Source of the DNA: Paraspadella gotoi
Taxonomy: Eukaryota; Animalia; Chaetognatha
Assembly: GCA_051294375.1 (NCBI GenBank)
Contig: CM119271.1
Span: 10,068,291-10,132,290 of the forward strand
Reading direction: 5' to 3'
DNA length: 64,000 nt
Part shown: positions 20,945 through 33,524 of the stretch, piece by piece
How positions within the stretch are numbered: position 1 is the first letter of the stretch
Layout of the letters: the number at the start of each line of letters is the position of its first letter
The notes under the pieces: generated by a model
Database searches by the model: none
What the model saw: only the letters and a program-made list of their open reading frames with translations
What the model was told of the DNA's origin: nothing
Made by a program: the position numbers and the translations under genes

Positions 20945-23101
20945 ATGGCTTTGTTCGGGACTCAGTTCTTGATCACGATAATCACACTGACAGTTTTTCA
21001 CAAAATCGCTAAATATTATTCGTTGGGACGATGGTTGTTGACGAACCTGGTCTATTACGTTCCGCCCACTGACGAGGAATTGAGGAAGGCGGCCAAGATG
21101 AAACCGAGAAGTCGGAACAAGAACGGAACTGAGGTGGGTGTGGGGTTGGTTCGATGGAATAGACGAGAAATGAGTAAATTAGTAATATTATTCGTACTTT
21201 GGTCACGTTTTCTATTTGCACGTCGTTTTCTAACTGAATATTCTTTAATTTGTTGGTGTCTTTTTTCTACAAAGAGCATTCCATGTCAAATTGAAAGAAT
21301 TCTTCGATGGCCTTCCCCTCCCCCCCTCCAGTCAACGGAGCCGTTCAACATTCCGCGCAACACGGAAATCTCGCTCCAATCGTCCGCCGTCAAGGCCTCC
21401 GATTTGCCGATCCTCCATTTCTTCGAGGAGTTCGAGTGGCTCGTCAACTTTAGCTTTTGCTCGGTCGTCGTTTACGCCCTCACCGAACTTTACCTCAGCG
21501 TCGCCCAACAAAAGCAAGACTTTAATCTCAGCGTGATTTGGCTTCTGCTCGCGATCGGATTTTGCCTGCAGAATTTATTCTCCATGGTGAAGATCTACTT
21601 TCAGGTCAGGGAGGCTACTTTATTGAAATGGGTGCCACCAAGTACCTACGTCATCTCGATCAACGATGATGATCGATTGAATAATGTGATATTGTAATTC
21701 ATATCCAAGTCTCGGTGTCAATTTTTCACAGACAGACGACGGAGGGGAGAGAGCGATCGTCGTCGTTTTCGGATTCACATTCTTCGTTCTCTCCATGGTC
21801 GTCGTCATCATAAACGAGAAAGTTTTGGAATTGGGTTTGAGCGAAGCCTACTCGAACTTGTCCAACAATTCCAAAACATTTTTGAAGGTATTACAGTTTT
21901 TTTGCAAACGAGGTATATTTACGCGTTTATTTTGTAATAACGTATAAACCCCTACTGATCTAGGTTCACGGAATGGAAGGCGGTGTTTCCTGCATCTCGA
22001 AGATGACGTTTCAGACAATCCTCTCTCTCCTCGGATCCATCCTTGGCGCTTTCCTGGCTTGGCCCGGGATCCGTTTCGCAAAGATGCACCGCGACGCGCT
22101 CCTCTATCGCGGCGACTCCCCACTCTCGCGCCTTCTTCTTCACCTCAACCTCTTCGCCCCCCTATTGCTGCTCTTTCTCTGGATCAAACCCGCCGTCAGG
22201 GACGTTTTGGTCCACGGAAGATTTTTGAGATCGAAGAGTAAGTTATTAACAAGAGATCTTTTCGATTGCGATGTTAAGATGTCACTGATTTCGATCCCCC
22301 CCCCTGGCCCTCCAAACTCCGCAGGGTCTCTCCTTTCGGACGAAACGTTCGACATTCTTCGAATCTACGTTTTACTCGGCGTCTCCGTTCTTCGCCTCCT
22401 CCTCATGCGCCCATATTTGCAAAGTTACCTCAACTTGGCTCATCGAAGATCTCAGGAACTCAGAAAAGAAGCGGGAAGGATTTTGAACACCGAGTACAAG
22501 AAGGCCATCGCGCGTATCTATTACTACATGGTCGTCGTGGCGCTACAAGTAAAAAATCTTTTTACGGCATTTCCTCCCTTTTTTTTTAAAGAACATTTTC
22601 AAATTAATAATTTTTTTTTTTCATTTAGTACATAATCCCCGTTCTCCTGCTTACATTTCTCTCGTGCCTCTACAAAACCCAAGGAGAATTTCAATGGGGT
22701 CTGGCGACTTTGCTCGGTTTGCCCTCGTCCGGTAATAAAACAATAGAATTACATCTTCCGTCACATCATCAATTAAAAAGTATTTCCTTTTTTCCTCAGA
22801 TCGAGTCGACCCACTGAACAGCACGACCAACACCTCTGCGGAAGAGATCGACCCCTCTACCGCCAAAGCCCCTCCGAAAACTCCGACGCCCTTCGCCGAT
22901 CCGACTGGCCAAGACGCGGTCAGCGAGAGCGTGGCGCAATGGACGTTCGCCTTGACGTCTCTGACGTCGGTTTTCGGTGCGATTTTCATGCGAGGCGTCT
23001 TGGCTTTCGCAGTCTGGTGGACGGCATTCGTCATGATCGTCACTTCCGGTTTCGGCGTCGTTTATTACGATTACTTTTCCAGTTCCATGACAGGATCGTG
23101 A
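20945..23101 (+). CDS. TMEM161: Transmembrane protein 161; exons 20945-21133, 21332-21604, 21732-21887, 21964-22237, 22325-22548, 22629-22731, 22800-23101
   Basis: MALFGTQFLIT, YSLGRWLL, PTDEELR, EFEWLVNF, GGERA, PGIRFAKMHRD, RPYLQSYLNLA, IYYYMVVVALQ|Y and VWWT. GT-AG introns in phase. Confidence 0.9.
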
Positions 23102-23483
23102 ATCGAATGGCCGACGCTCTAGTACTTGATAGATTAGTTCCTCGACACCGCGCCTTCGGCGGTGGACTGCGTAGTTAGATTGGTTACTATTTGACCGAGA
23201 TTTATTTTGATAATGATTTGCTATTAGCCTATTACTAGTTTTATGTAGGCAGACTTAGGTTGATATCTTCTTTCGAGTTTTACGTTTTGTTTCCGTTTTA
23301 TTGTTCCAGTTTTAGGTAAACTTCATTCCATTTGACGAGGAATGATTTTAGTAAAATAATTGTGATTGTCTTTGAATTTGGCAAATAAAAAAAACAACGC
23401 AATTATTAAATGAACCAAACCAACTACAAGATCCGTCAATCAAAAAAAAAAAGTCGCACGAGCGCTCAACGTTATTTCAAACC

Positions 23484-24968
23484 ATGGTGCCGAATCTCTC
23501 CTCCGGTCTTTTTCACCGGATGCTCCTCGTCTGCGCTTTGGCACACCTCCCTTCCATCTTCGTCGGTGCCACCTTCAGTCCGAAGGACTATCTCAAGCGA
23601 GAGCACTCTTTGGTCAAGCCTTATCACGGGTCCGCCTGGGACTACGGCGGTTCCACCATGGTCACCTCCAACTACATTCGCCTTACGCCCGACAAACCCG
23701 ATCAGTCGGGTTTCGTGTGGAATCGAGTTCCCTGCCAAATGAGGTAACAGGGGAGAGGTATTCTAGTTGTTATATAGCCTATTTTATTGCGTGCATCTTC
23801 GAATCGATCATCCGTAACAGGGACTGGGAAATGCATATCCATTTCCGCGTGGGCAACTTACTGGCGCCAAAGGAATTGTACGGAGATGGCCTCGCCATCT
23901 GGTTCGCCAAGGATCGGATGCTGCCGGGCGAAGTCTTTGGAAGCGTCGATTATTTTCAGGGTCTCGGCATTTTTCTCGACACCTACAGGTCAGTCGTTGG
24001 ATGAAGTTTTTTGAAATTTTTTTATTGATTCGGGAATATGAAACTTTATGCTTTAAAAAAATATTTTATATAAATTGAAATAAAATATTAAAAAAAGATA
24101 TTCTGTTAAAACCTAAATATGTATATAATGTTTTCTCCAGTAATTACTTCGGTTTTCACAACCACGCTCATCCTTACGTATCGGCGGTGGTGAATAACGG
24201 GTCCCTTCACTACGATCACGACAAAGACGGAACTCATTCCGAACTGGCTGGATGTGAGGCTCAATTCAGAAACAAAGACTACGAGACCTTCATTCTCGTC
24301 AGATACGAAAACAACCGGCTGACGGGTGAGGCTTGTTTTAATGGTTACGAACGTTGTTTAGATTCGGTAATTGAAATTTGATAGTAATTAATATTATTCA
24401 TTCTTGATCCCCCCCCGATTCAGTCAAACTCGACATCGAAAACAAGCAAAGTTGGGCGGACTGCATGGAAATCAACGGCGTCCGATTGCCGACCGGTTAT
24501 TACTTCGGCGTGAGTTCTTCCACGGGAGAGTTGTCGGACATCCACGACCTTATATCTGTCAAAGTGAGTAACGGAAGGAGGGATTACCATTATTAAATTT
24601 ATTTATGAGGGGCTTTTTTTGGTTTCTTCCTTTTATTGGCTTAAAGTTGTTCCCCAAATATGTACTAAAAGTAAATAAATTTTAAATTTGAGTCTTTGTA
24701 ACCCCCTTTCCATCATTAGTTGTACGAGCTTGAAACGAAGCCCAACCGACTCTCCTCGGAGGAAACGACGAAGGATCATTCGAAGATCGTCCCTTCGGTC
24801 GACGAGGTCCCGCGACCCCGAGCTCAAAAACGCGGCACCGAGAACTGGTCCAACCTGACCCTCTTCCTCTGCATCCTCGCCATTCTCCTCGGAATGACGC
24901 TCATCACCGTCATCGGCGTCGTCATTCTCGAGCCGAGGATGGGACCCTCGACGAACAAGTTCTATTGA
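23484..24968 (+). CDS. LMAN2: L-type lectin VIP36/VIPL (vesicular integral membrane protein); 5 exons
   Basis: Signal peptide, YLKREHSLVKPY, IRLTPD, RDWEMHIHF, GDGLAIW, GIFLDTY, VNNGSLHYDHDKDGTH, LPTGYYFG, TGELSDIHD, TM helix and C-terminal KFY. LMAN2 versus LMAN2L cannot be distinguished. Confidence 0.9.
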
Positions 24969-27895
24969 CAGGACTGACGCCTTCCTCTCAACTTGGAAGC
25001 TTTAAAGTAGTAATATATGAAAAGTGGAGCGACCCGTTTGCGGTTTGGAGAGAGACGGGGAGAGCAATCGCACAAAAAATTGGTATCGAGTAGCTTTTTT
25101 TTTTTTTTTTGTCGTTCGGTCGTACTTATTTAATTAATGTCTTAATTTATTTCTTATTTAATATTTATTTTTGTAGTATATAGCAAGTAGTATGTATTTA
25201 TCGTATGATTAAAACGTTTTCGAGTGCTTCAAAACTATTAGTATGAGTAGCGAGTACACTTACCTATAGAAGCGTCATGACTTACGAATCGTTTTCAAGT
25301 CGGATTTTCTTTAATTGCTCACGTTTTTGTGTATTATCAATTGGTGCTATTAAATTTTCTATCGTTAAGATTATGTTGACCGGGTGGAGAACTCTCAATT
25401 ACCAAAAATTTAATCAATTAAGTAGAGCTAGTTTCAAAATTAATTTATTACCTATTATTCTTAGGTCAGGAGTAGTATATAACAATTTTTGGGGCGACCA
25501 AAGCGAAAATACGAAAATACGTATCACAAGATGCAACGGTACCCCTTGAAACAGTTATGTATTTTCTGCCTCAGGATTTTATATTATTTTAGATTTCAAA
25601 ATTAAACTGGTTTAGCTTTTATTAAAATTGCTTAGTGAGAATAAGTGACTGACGCCTTTTTCAACTTGGCGCATCTTCTGTTTTCGTCGCACTTTTTTTT
25701 TACATTTTCATATCTAACCTCAGTGCCTAAGATTTGATTTGCAAACTGTAGGACGAGAAAATTTGTCTTGATTTTGATTCATTTGATTTATATAATATTA
25801 TTCTAAGTTTTTTGTTGTAATTTAAACTTTATACTTTTTATTAATTATATATATTTATAGTTTATAAATGGAAGTTATGGCGCTTTACTTAATGGAAAGT
25901 GTATTATTCAAGTCATATATTGAAATTTGAAGCTAATGAATTTAAATACTTGGTTAACTTGCTAATTGATTATATTTGATAATATCCGCATCAATTATCT
26001 GTTAATTCAGTATCGAGAAAGAAGTAGAATTTTGTTTGACGTATTCTTTATCACATGCATTTGGCACGCGATTTTATTTTTTTTCTCGTAAATTTGTCTA
26101 ATTTTAAATATTAAGTTAAATTATTATTTGTTTGTATTAAATGTTTGTATTTTTTCTTTTAATCCAATGCATCTTATTTCATGTCGAGGCTCTCAAAACT
26201 TTTTCTAACTGACTCAATTTTAGCCTCAACGTTAAAGAACTGAAAATGAAAACTAAATAAAATAAGGGATTAATTTAATTAATGCCCTCCTTTTAGTGCT
26301 GGCACTTCATGACATTCTAAATCAAATTATTATCAAAATTTGATAGCATACGTTCCTTATTTTGCAAATGCTACCGATTAGAGATTCTTTACAGCTCGCA
26401 ACCATCTTAATTACGGCACAAGTTATATCTCACTTAATTGCTTGCAAGATCTCAAAAAAAACCTTTGTTACTAATTTGTATGCGTTTTGTTTATATTATG
26501 GAATGGCTTAGCATAAAAACATATTTAGAACAAAGTACAAGAATTAAAGTTATTATTTAAAAATATTTAATAAGAAAAAGTAACTTTTTGGAATGTTAAA
26601 CTTAATAAAAATTTGCAATGTAACTATGATCTGAAAGTTGCGTACATCCTAGTTTCGTTGCTTTTTATTGGAAAAAGAAAAAATTTGTTTGATTTGAAAC
26701 TTGCGCTTTGACTTGATTAATGTTTTTATCAGTAATTCCACCTTAACCATCTCAGTAATAACGCACTTTTAAATTGAAATGAATTCTAGTCATTTTTTGA
26801 AAGGGGAAGTTCTAGAGGTGAACTAAGTGGTAATTACTATTTTTCCCCTTGTTAAATTCTATAGTTGTCTCTTTCGCCATTCATCCATAGAATGGCTGAT
26901 TTGATTGTGCACATAACTTATTCCGCTTTTATATTTTATACGCTCATTTACGTTTGGAAGTTAAGTTTGGACTGATTGCCTTATTAACTTATTTTCAATT
27001 ATGGTTTCATAATGCAGCCGTTTAATTCGTATCGATTTCGCTCCCAGCAAGGTTTGAAAAGGTTTTGCTTAATTTAGGACCGAAAAAATCGTATTGGGCG
27101 AACTAAATATCTAAAATTTCAACACAAATATCACTGTAATAGTAAATTGGTTTGGGCGCATTTTGTTTCATCCATTTATCATTTTATGCTTGTTATTTCA
27201 CCTCACCGTTTTAAAATTCATTTTTACAATTTTCCATATGTCATTGTACATAACAAAATTCAGAATCTGATTCTCTCAACTAAATCTAAAACGCCATTGA
27301 TTGCCTTCACCCAACTTGACAACGGGATTCTAACGCGAATTACGTCTCGTCAATAATGGTTAACGCGCACTTCGATAAATTGTGGCCACTGGCGAAACCC
27401 CGTAATTTAATGTCGTTAATAACATGAATATGGATGCCAGTTGCATAAAATTTATTGCGTCCAATTGCAGACGGTTATCGTCGCCCTTTTGGAAGAATGA
27501 ATCCAGGTGGGTTAATTATTAATTCAAGTGGGTAACTGTTAACTAATATTAATAATCTTTTGACTTAAATGTTTATTTATTTTTCTGTGATAAAATGAAA
27601 AAAAAACTTTCTTGTATAATTTAAAAAAATAACTAAAAAAAACGATGATTATGTTTTTTATTATCATTAAATTTTTTTATATTTTTAGCCTGCAAATAGA
27701 AAAATGCGATGGCAGTTGGATAATCATTATGGTGCCTCTCTAAAGTTTATTGTACGTCAAAGAATGGTCTCCAAATAATAACGAATCCGTCCTTCAATTT
27801 TCTAGATCCGAGGTATCGTGTATTCGCTTGAGCCGGAGTTATGATGTTAGTGTTGACGTCTTCATTCATTCATCTTCATTCATTCATCTTCATTC

Positions 27896-27960
27896 ATGAT
27901 GTATAAATTGGAACTGAGTGATTCGCTCGTGAAGCTTTCATTCCACTAGATAGTATCTGA
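27896..27960 (+). ncRNA. Box C/D snoRNA, copy 1
   Basis: ATGATGT (box C) ... CTGA (D') ... GTGAAG (C'-like) ... CTAGATAGTAT-CTGA (guide + box D). Guide is complementary to LSU rRNA UACUAUCUAG. Confidence 0.85.
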
Positions 27961-28178
27961 TTTTCTTTTTTCCAAACCTGCTTTTCAGTGCCGTTGTTTC
28001 TGCTTTTATGTAATCAATCTTTTTTCTTTTAAGGGATTTGATTAAGAACTCCTTGGAGGCGGAAAAACGTGGCAATCAGTCAACCAGCTGGATGGCTGTA
28101 ACAAGGTATATTTTTTAAATGAGCTTGCTGTAAAGGGGACGTTAATATCAACAATGTTTCATGTCTTAAATTATATCG

Positions 28179-28243
28179 ATGATGCATAAATTGGAACTGA
28201 GTGATTCGCTCGTGAAGCTTTCATTCCACTAGATAGTATCTGA
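28179..28243 (+). ncRNA. Box C/D snoRNA, copy 2
   Basis: 65 nt, identical to copy 1 except ATGATGC. Intronic, box D about 89 nt before the 3' splice site. Confidence 0.85.
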
Positions 28244-28527
28244 ATTAAAAAAAAACTCTTCTTTTTAGGGCCTTAATCTTTTCTATTTAGCACACAGACA
28301 TATTACATAATCTTTTTATTTTTTCTCTTAAGCTGTTTTGTGGTTGGAGATACCCGTGGTTGGTAGCCAAAAGACACGGTCTATAATGAAACTACTACTA
28401 ATAGGTTAGTCGTCAAGGTATATTTTGGGTTTGATTGAGCTTGCAATATAGGGGAAATTAAATGGTTAGATGGAGCTCAGGCTCAGCCTTCAGTACAATT
28501 TAATAAAAAAGAATTAAAATTATATCG

Positions 28528-28592
28528 ATGATGTATAAATTGGAACTGAGTGATTCGCTCGTGAAGCTTTCATTCCACTAGATAGTATCTGA
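28528..28592 (+). ncRNA. Box C/D snoRNA, copy 3
   Basis: Identical to copy 1. Flanking TTAAAAT/ATTTTAA can form a terminal stem. About 86 nt before the 3' splice site. Confidence 0.85.
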
Positions 28593-28997
28593 ATTTTAAA
28601 GAAGAGCCCTTATTCTAATGATCTTTAATATTGCGTCCCCACGTTATAATTTTTTTCGTCCTATTTGTCCTTTTTTAGGCGGGTGACGGAAGCGTGGACG
28701 TTGTAAAGCGGGATGGAATAGAGGAATGACGTGGGCTACAAGACAACCTCGGTATCGGGCCATTCATCATGTCCGAATCTCACTCTTAAATCTCACACTA
28801 CATTGATCCCTGGTTAGTTTATATAATATTAATATATTTTGTCCCCACAAAATGATAGTAAAAGATTTTTTGAGCGCCACCTCACTAACATCACGAGCAT
28901 AATTTTAGACAACTTTAATTTTGTATTTTAAATTTCTATAAAAGACAAAGCTTTTTTTGCGAACAAAAAATATTTCTGTATAAACTCGATACTGGAT

Positions 28998-30741
28998 CTA
29001 ATTATATATAGCGGCGTTGCCCATGTCTCGCCATCTGGCGATCATCTCCTTGCGCAGCCTCTCTTCCTCTAGCAAGAATGGATTCTCGAGATCTCGGTTC
29101 GTTAGCGGCGGCGATCCCGCCCAAGACGGCGGCACGATCACGCTCACTTTCTTTCGCGGGTCCGACGGCCGCCATATGAGAGCCTGGAAGCGGCAGGGCG
29201 AGGGATCGATTTACGATCAAGTTTCAGGATCGCAGCTCTCTACATTTTCGCGATTGTTCGCGTGCATCTCATTCGCACACCTGCGCTTTGTTGCACTCGG
29301 GATACATGAGAGCCGGAAGAGGGATTTCGTGGGGCGACTTGTGGATGACGGGCGGCTTCTGCGGCGGATCCAGGACCGTCGTGCGTCGACCTTGCTCGCT
29401 GCTGGGACTGACGCCGATGTGGGCGCTGGTCGAGTCAATTTTTAAAAACTTATTTTAAAAAAGGAAATTCGTGAAAATAAATTCAAAAATAAACAAAACT
29501 AACGTCAATTCCCAACTGATGCATTTGATGGGAAAGACTTGCTCCGAATCGACATTCCTGGCCACCAACCACACTTTGAATCTTTGGCTTCGATTGATGG
29601 CCGTCAGGCATTTCCGCGCCTGATATTGACTCGAAGGAACGGAGAGAGAGAGTTGGGACGAGGGAGAATCGTTCATGACCACCTCAAAATTCGTTTCCAT
29701 TTTCGTGGGGCCTTCGTGTAAGGGTAGTGAGGGGGGCGGCGATGTTGCGGAAGCTTTTTTCAGAAAAGGATCGAGCGAGAAGCTACCGACCGATGATCTC
29801 TCTCATCCCGCGCTTGTAGCTGTACCACGGAAAGAGATTTCCGTCAGAATCGTTGACGCAAATTTGTCCTCTTGTCAACTGGGGAAATTCCCAAGACGTG
29901 TAGCCGTAGTGTCCGTATTGATTGATGAACTTGATGAAGAAACAGGCCTGAACCCAGCCTACCTACGCTGGAAAATGCGCGAGAGAGACGTCGTTGATTC
30001 AATTTGATGGTGGGGATGGAAGGGTAAGTTCTCTCCCGAGCTTCTTCTTTTTTTTTACCTGCCAAGTTTCGCGTGTGGAAATCGCGGGAAAGGTGACGTT
30101 GGCCATGGCGCGAAACTTTGGAACCCTTTTGGGGGTTTTAGGAATACTTTAGTCATTTACGGTGGAGAAACTTTCCGACGGGTGGCCCCGAGCGTCACTC
30201 GGTCAAACTAGCCTGTATCTGAGCGATTTGTCGCTTTTCCCTTCATCGACGTCCGTCAATCTGTTTTCGCGCCAAACTGTGAGTTTCGCGTCGACGTTCT
30301 GCATCAACTTGCGACGCGCCGTCGTCCGGCCGATGGACGGCATCTTTAACGATTTGGACTTGTTCCACGAGGAGAAATCTGATCCATCTCCCGGGGGTTT
30401 TAGGGAGATTGAGAAAGGTGGGGGATTTTAGAAAACTGGCCTGAGCTGGTCAGTCATGGTCTAGTTTTTAACTAATTTAAAATTAATAAAAATAATACTA
30501 AAACTAATAAAAGTTACTTAAAAATGTAGATTTAAAAAAAAAATAAATTACGGTTGCGACGCCTCGACTCGACAGGCATATTCAGCCTTTGCAGCGTCTC
30601 CTTCTTCTTCAAGTCCTCGTGATTTTCCGTCGTTTTGTCCGGCGGAATCGTCGACTTGTGAGCCTCAAAGGATTCAGACTCGAAAGTGTCCGAGTAACTG
30701 ACGTTGCCGCCGCGGCGCGTCGTGCTCTGTCCCTGACCCAT
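28998..30741 (-). CDS. FAM78: FAM78-family protein; 7 exons, including a probable GC-AG intron (30212-30126)
   Basis: Spliced product MGQGQS...LRYR|VPKFRAMANVTFPAISTRETWQ|VGWVQACFFIKFINQYGHYGYTSWEFPQL...NDSDGNLFPWY...GPTK..VVMND...RSQRFKVWLVA...PECNKAQ|ALIWRP matches FAM78A/B motifs recalled from memory (VGWIQAC, SDSDGVSYPWY, NANDAQVLMWRP). Confidence 0.85.
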
Positions 30742-31318
30742 TCGGAGGGCGCCACTGGCTTTCTTTCACGTCAAGTATGGCGATCCCGTTTTCGCCCGAA
30801 AGCGTCGGACATGTCGACGGAGGGGGAGGGAAGGTTTTTGGTCCCCGAATTCGCAGAAAAGTTCAGACGAGTTTCCAATTTATTGACGCGGTAGAGAGGG
30901 GGATAAGGCTATTGATAAGAAAACTGGGTATTGCATGAAAATAATTGAGATTTTTTTACCGTCGGCATCTTGGAGACTTGATAAATTGAAAAAAAAGAGA
31001 TAAGATAATAATAATAATAATAATAAGATAAATAAGATAAATAAGAAAAATCCGTGAAATATTTTTATCTCCAGCAATAATTATTTTTTTTTATTAGGAG
31101 TACGCAACGTGCTGATCCGAAAACTTCATTCTTCTCGCAGCAGCAATGGTGATGAAATTTACAATAAAGATCAGTGCTTTTTGGACATTGAATCTACTGC
31201 TTTTGTATTGCCCATTATTTGGCTTTTAATTTAATTAGAAATTAAATGATTTAATTCTTATATTGCGTTGTAATTTTCTCGTCATTTTTATAGCCAGTTA
31301 TTAGCTAGAAGGTAATAA

Positions 31319-32925
31319 TTATCGAGCCTTGACCGGCGAAGCCGGGTTCAGGCTCTATAATGTTTTAGGGTTGCTTCTTTGTGACGTAGTCGTCGTCGTC
31401 GTCGTCGTCCGTCACGCTTTTTCATATATAAAAACTACTACGCTTTTATAGGTTTGGCTGTGACTTACCGTTTTTTTTTTTAAATAAAAATTATTATGAA
31501 TTATGATAAAGTTTTACAAAAGTGTGCGATCATAGTAAGTTAAAAATTTAGATATGGCTTTTCATCTTGAAATAGCTGTGATATTTTCATATTACATTTG
31601 GATTTAAGTATTTTTTGTTTGAATTTCCACTTCATTATGATTTACTGCAATATGCAAATGAGATTAAAGTACTCCTTATAATATCCAAATGTATATTAGA
31701 AATGCTTTAATCTAATTTACATATTGCAGTATATAATATTGAAGATGAAATTCAAAAAATTTGTTTTTAAATTTTTAATAAAAATGGGAACTCAAAGGAT
31801 TTTTTTAATGGAAGCTATATCTTAATTTTAATACAAATATAAATTAAATCTTTTACAAGCTGCGATTGGAAAAATTGGAAAAATTTCCAATTGTAAACAA
31901 TTGTAAATATTTTGCCTTTCTTTTATTTCTTTAAATATTATATAGATTTTCTTTCCTATATTTGTCAGTTGCTGCTTTTTCTGAACCCTTAAAAAACGAG
32001 TTCAGGTTCTGCAGTGACTGTTCAGCTGGCTTTCAGCTTTCTCTTTCTTTCTGTCTCTTTGTCTCTCTTTTTCTCTTTCTGTCTCTCTTTCTCTCTCTTT
32101 CTGTCTTTCTGTCTCTCTCACTCTCTCTCTCTCTCTTATTATTTTTTTAAAAAAATGAAGAATAACTTATAATGATATGCATTATCACATATAAATCAGC
32201 TATGTGACCTATTATATATGCAGCACTTTCGCCGAATAATATAATTGCATGCATCACATTATAAAAAAAAAAAATTTGTTTTTATTTATTATTGCAACTT
32301 TGGACCGGTTGGCCCACTATTGGCAAATTATATCTAAAATAGGAGTTGATAAGAGAGATATAGTCAAATTAAACATTACTTTTTTTGTTATTCTGATAAT
32401 TTTACTATTATTAAATTTATAAATATTTTTAGTGTATATATTTAATCATTTTTAACTTTTTTTTAAATAATAATTATTTGAGTTGTGATAACTATTTATA
32501 ATTAATTAAATATGCAAATATTAAATTTGACCTCGGTCTGGTTTCTTCCTAAAAAAGAACAATCTTTTTTCTCTCTATCTCTTCTCTCTTCTCTCTCTCT
32601 CTCTCTCTCTCTTCTCTTTCTCTCTCTTTTTTTTTCCTTCTAAAAACTTTTATTATCGCCATTTATTTTATTTTATCTCAATACAAAATCCCAAAATACA
32701 ATAACTTACTTCAACTAGATTTCGTGGTCGTTGCCAAGCAACAAGTAAACAATGTCGAGGAACATGATCTAATAACGCGTTACGTGTATAAAAAAAAATC
32801 AACATAGACCCAATTTCACGACGCCGTTGCGAGGCAACGGATAACCGATATAAACGAGAGTGACCTAATAATGCATCTCGTTGGTGGGAAAACTCTCTCT
32901 CTCTCTCTTTTCTCACTCTCCCTCC

Positions 32926-32993
<68 letters not shown>

Positions 32994-33164
32994 CCTTCTA
33001 AAACTTTTATTATCGCCATTTATTCCGCGCTTTTTTCTCAATACAAAATCACAAATTTACATCCGAGATTTTTCGTGGATTTTTTTTCTAAAATTCTGAT
33101 TATTCTTATATAAACGAGAGAGACCTAATAATGCGTTTCGTTGGCGGGAAAACTGTCAGCTCTC

Positions 33165-33232
<68 letters not shown>

Positions 33233-33524
33233 ACTCATACTCGCATTTGTTTGTTTTATTTACGATGAATGATTCAGCGCGTCAATGAATCACTATCATC
33301 GCATCAATGAATGACTATCATCGTATCAATGAATGATTTATCATCATATCAATGAATGACTATCATCATCATCAATCAGTCAGTCATTTTGTTATCATCG
33401 CATCAATTATTGGTTATCATCGCATCAATATTTGGTTATCATCGCATCAATATTTGGTTATCATCGCATCAATATTTGGTTACTTATTCGAAAGCGGCTC
33501 GATCTTTATGCTTTTAAGATTTTT
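31319..33524 (+). mobile_element. Helentron-associated non-autonomous element (HINE/DINE-1-like)
   Basis: 5' TT-ATCGAGCC subTIR, nearby inverted copy GGCTCTAT, (GTC)n GTCCGTCACGC microsatellite. 3' subTIR GGCTCGAT (33496-33503) followed by an ATCTT..AAGAT hairpin and a T-run. Interior has (CT)n tracts, duplicated blocks (32850/33108) and ATCATCGCATCAAT tandem repeats. Confidence 0.7.

Larger units (their letters stand above)
27484..28800 (+). ncRNA. Probable non-coding snoRNA host gene; exons ~27484-27506, 27689-27812, 28034-28105, 28333-28417, 28679-~28800 (end approximate)
   Basis: Clear GT/AG-bounded short exons with no continuous reading frame. 5'TOP-like CCCTTTT at 27484. Introns 2-4 each hold one snoRNA copy. 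Confidence 0.6.

Noticed and set aside
25280-27300. Hidden gene or further snoRNAs in the AT-rich gap
   Set aside because: Frames I tried are broken by stops and no convincing C/D or H/ACA pair was found by eye.
27896-28592. Three identical 65-bp repeats as a CRISPR-like array
   Set aside because: Eukaryotic context, long irregular spacers containing splice sites, and C/D boxes with an rRNA guide explain them as snoRNAs.
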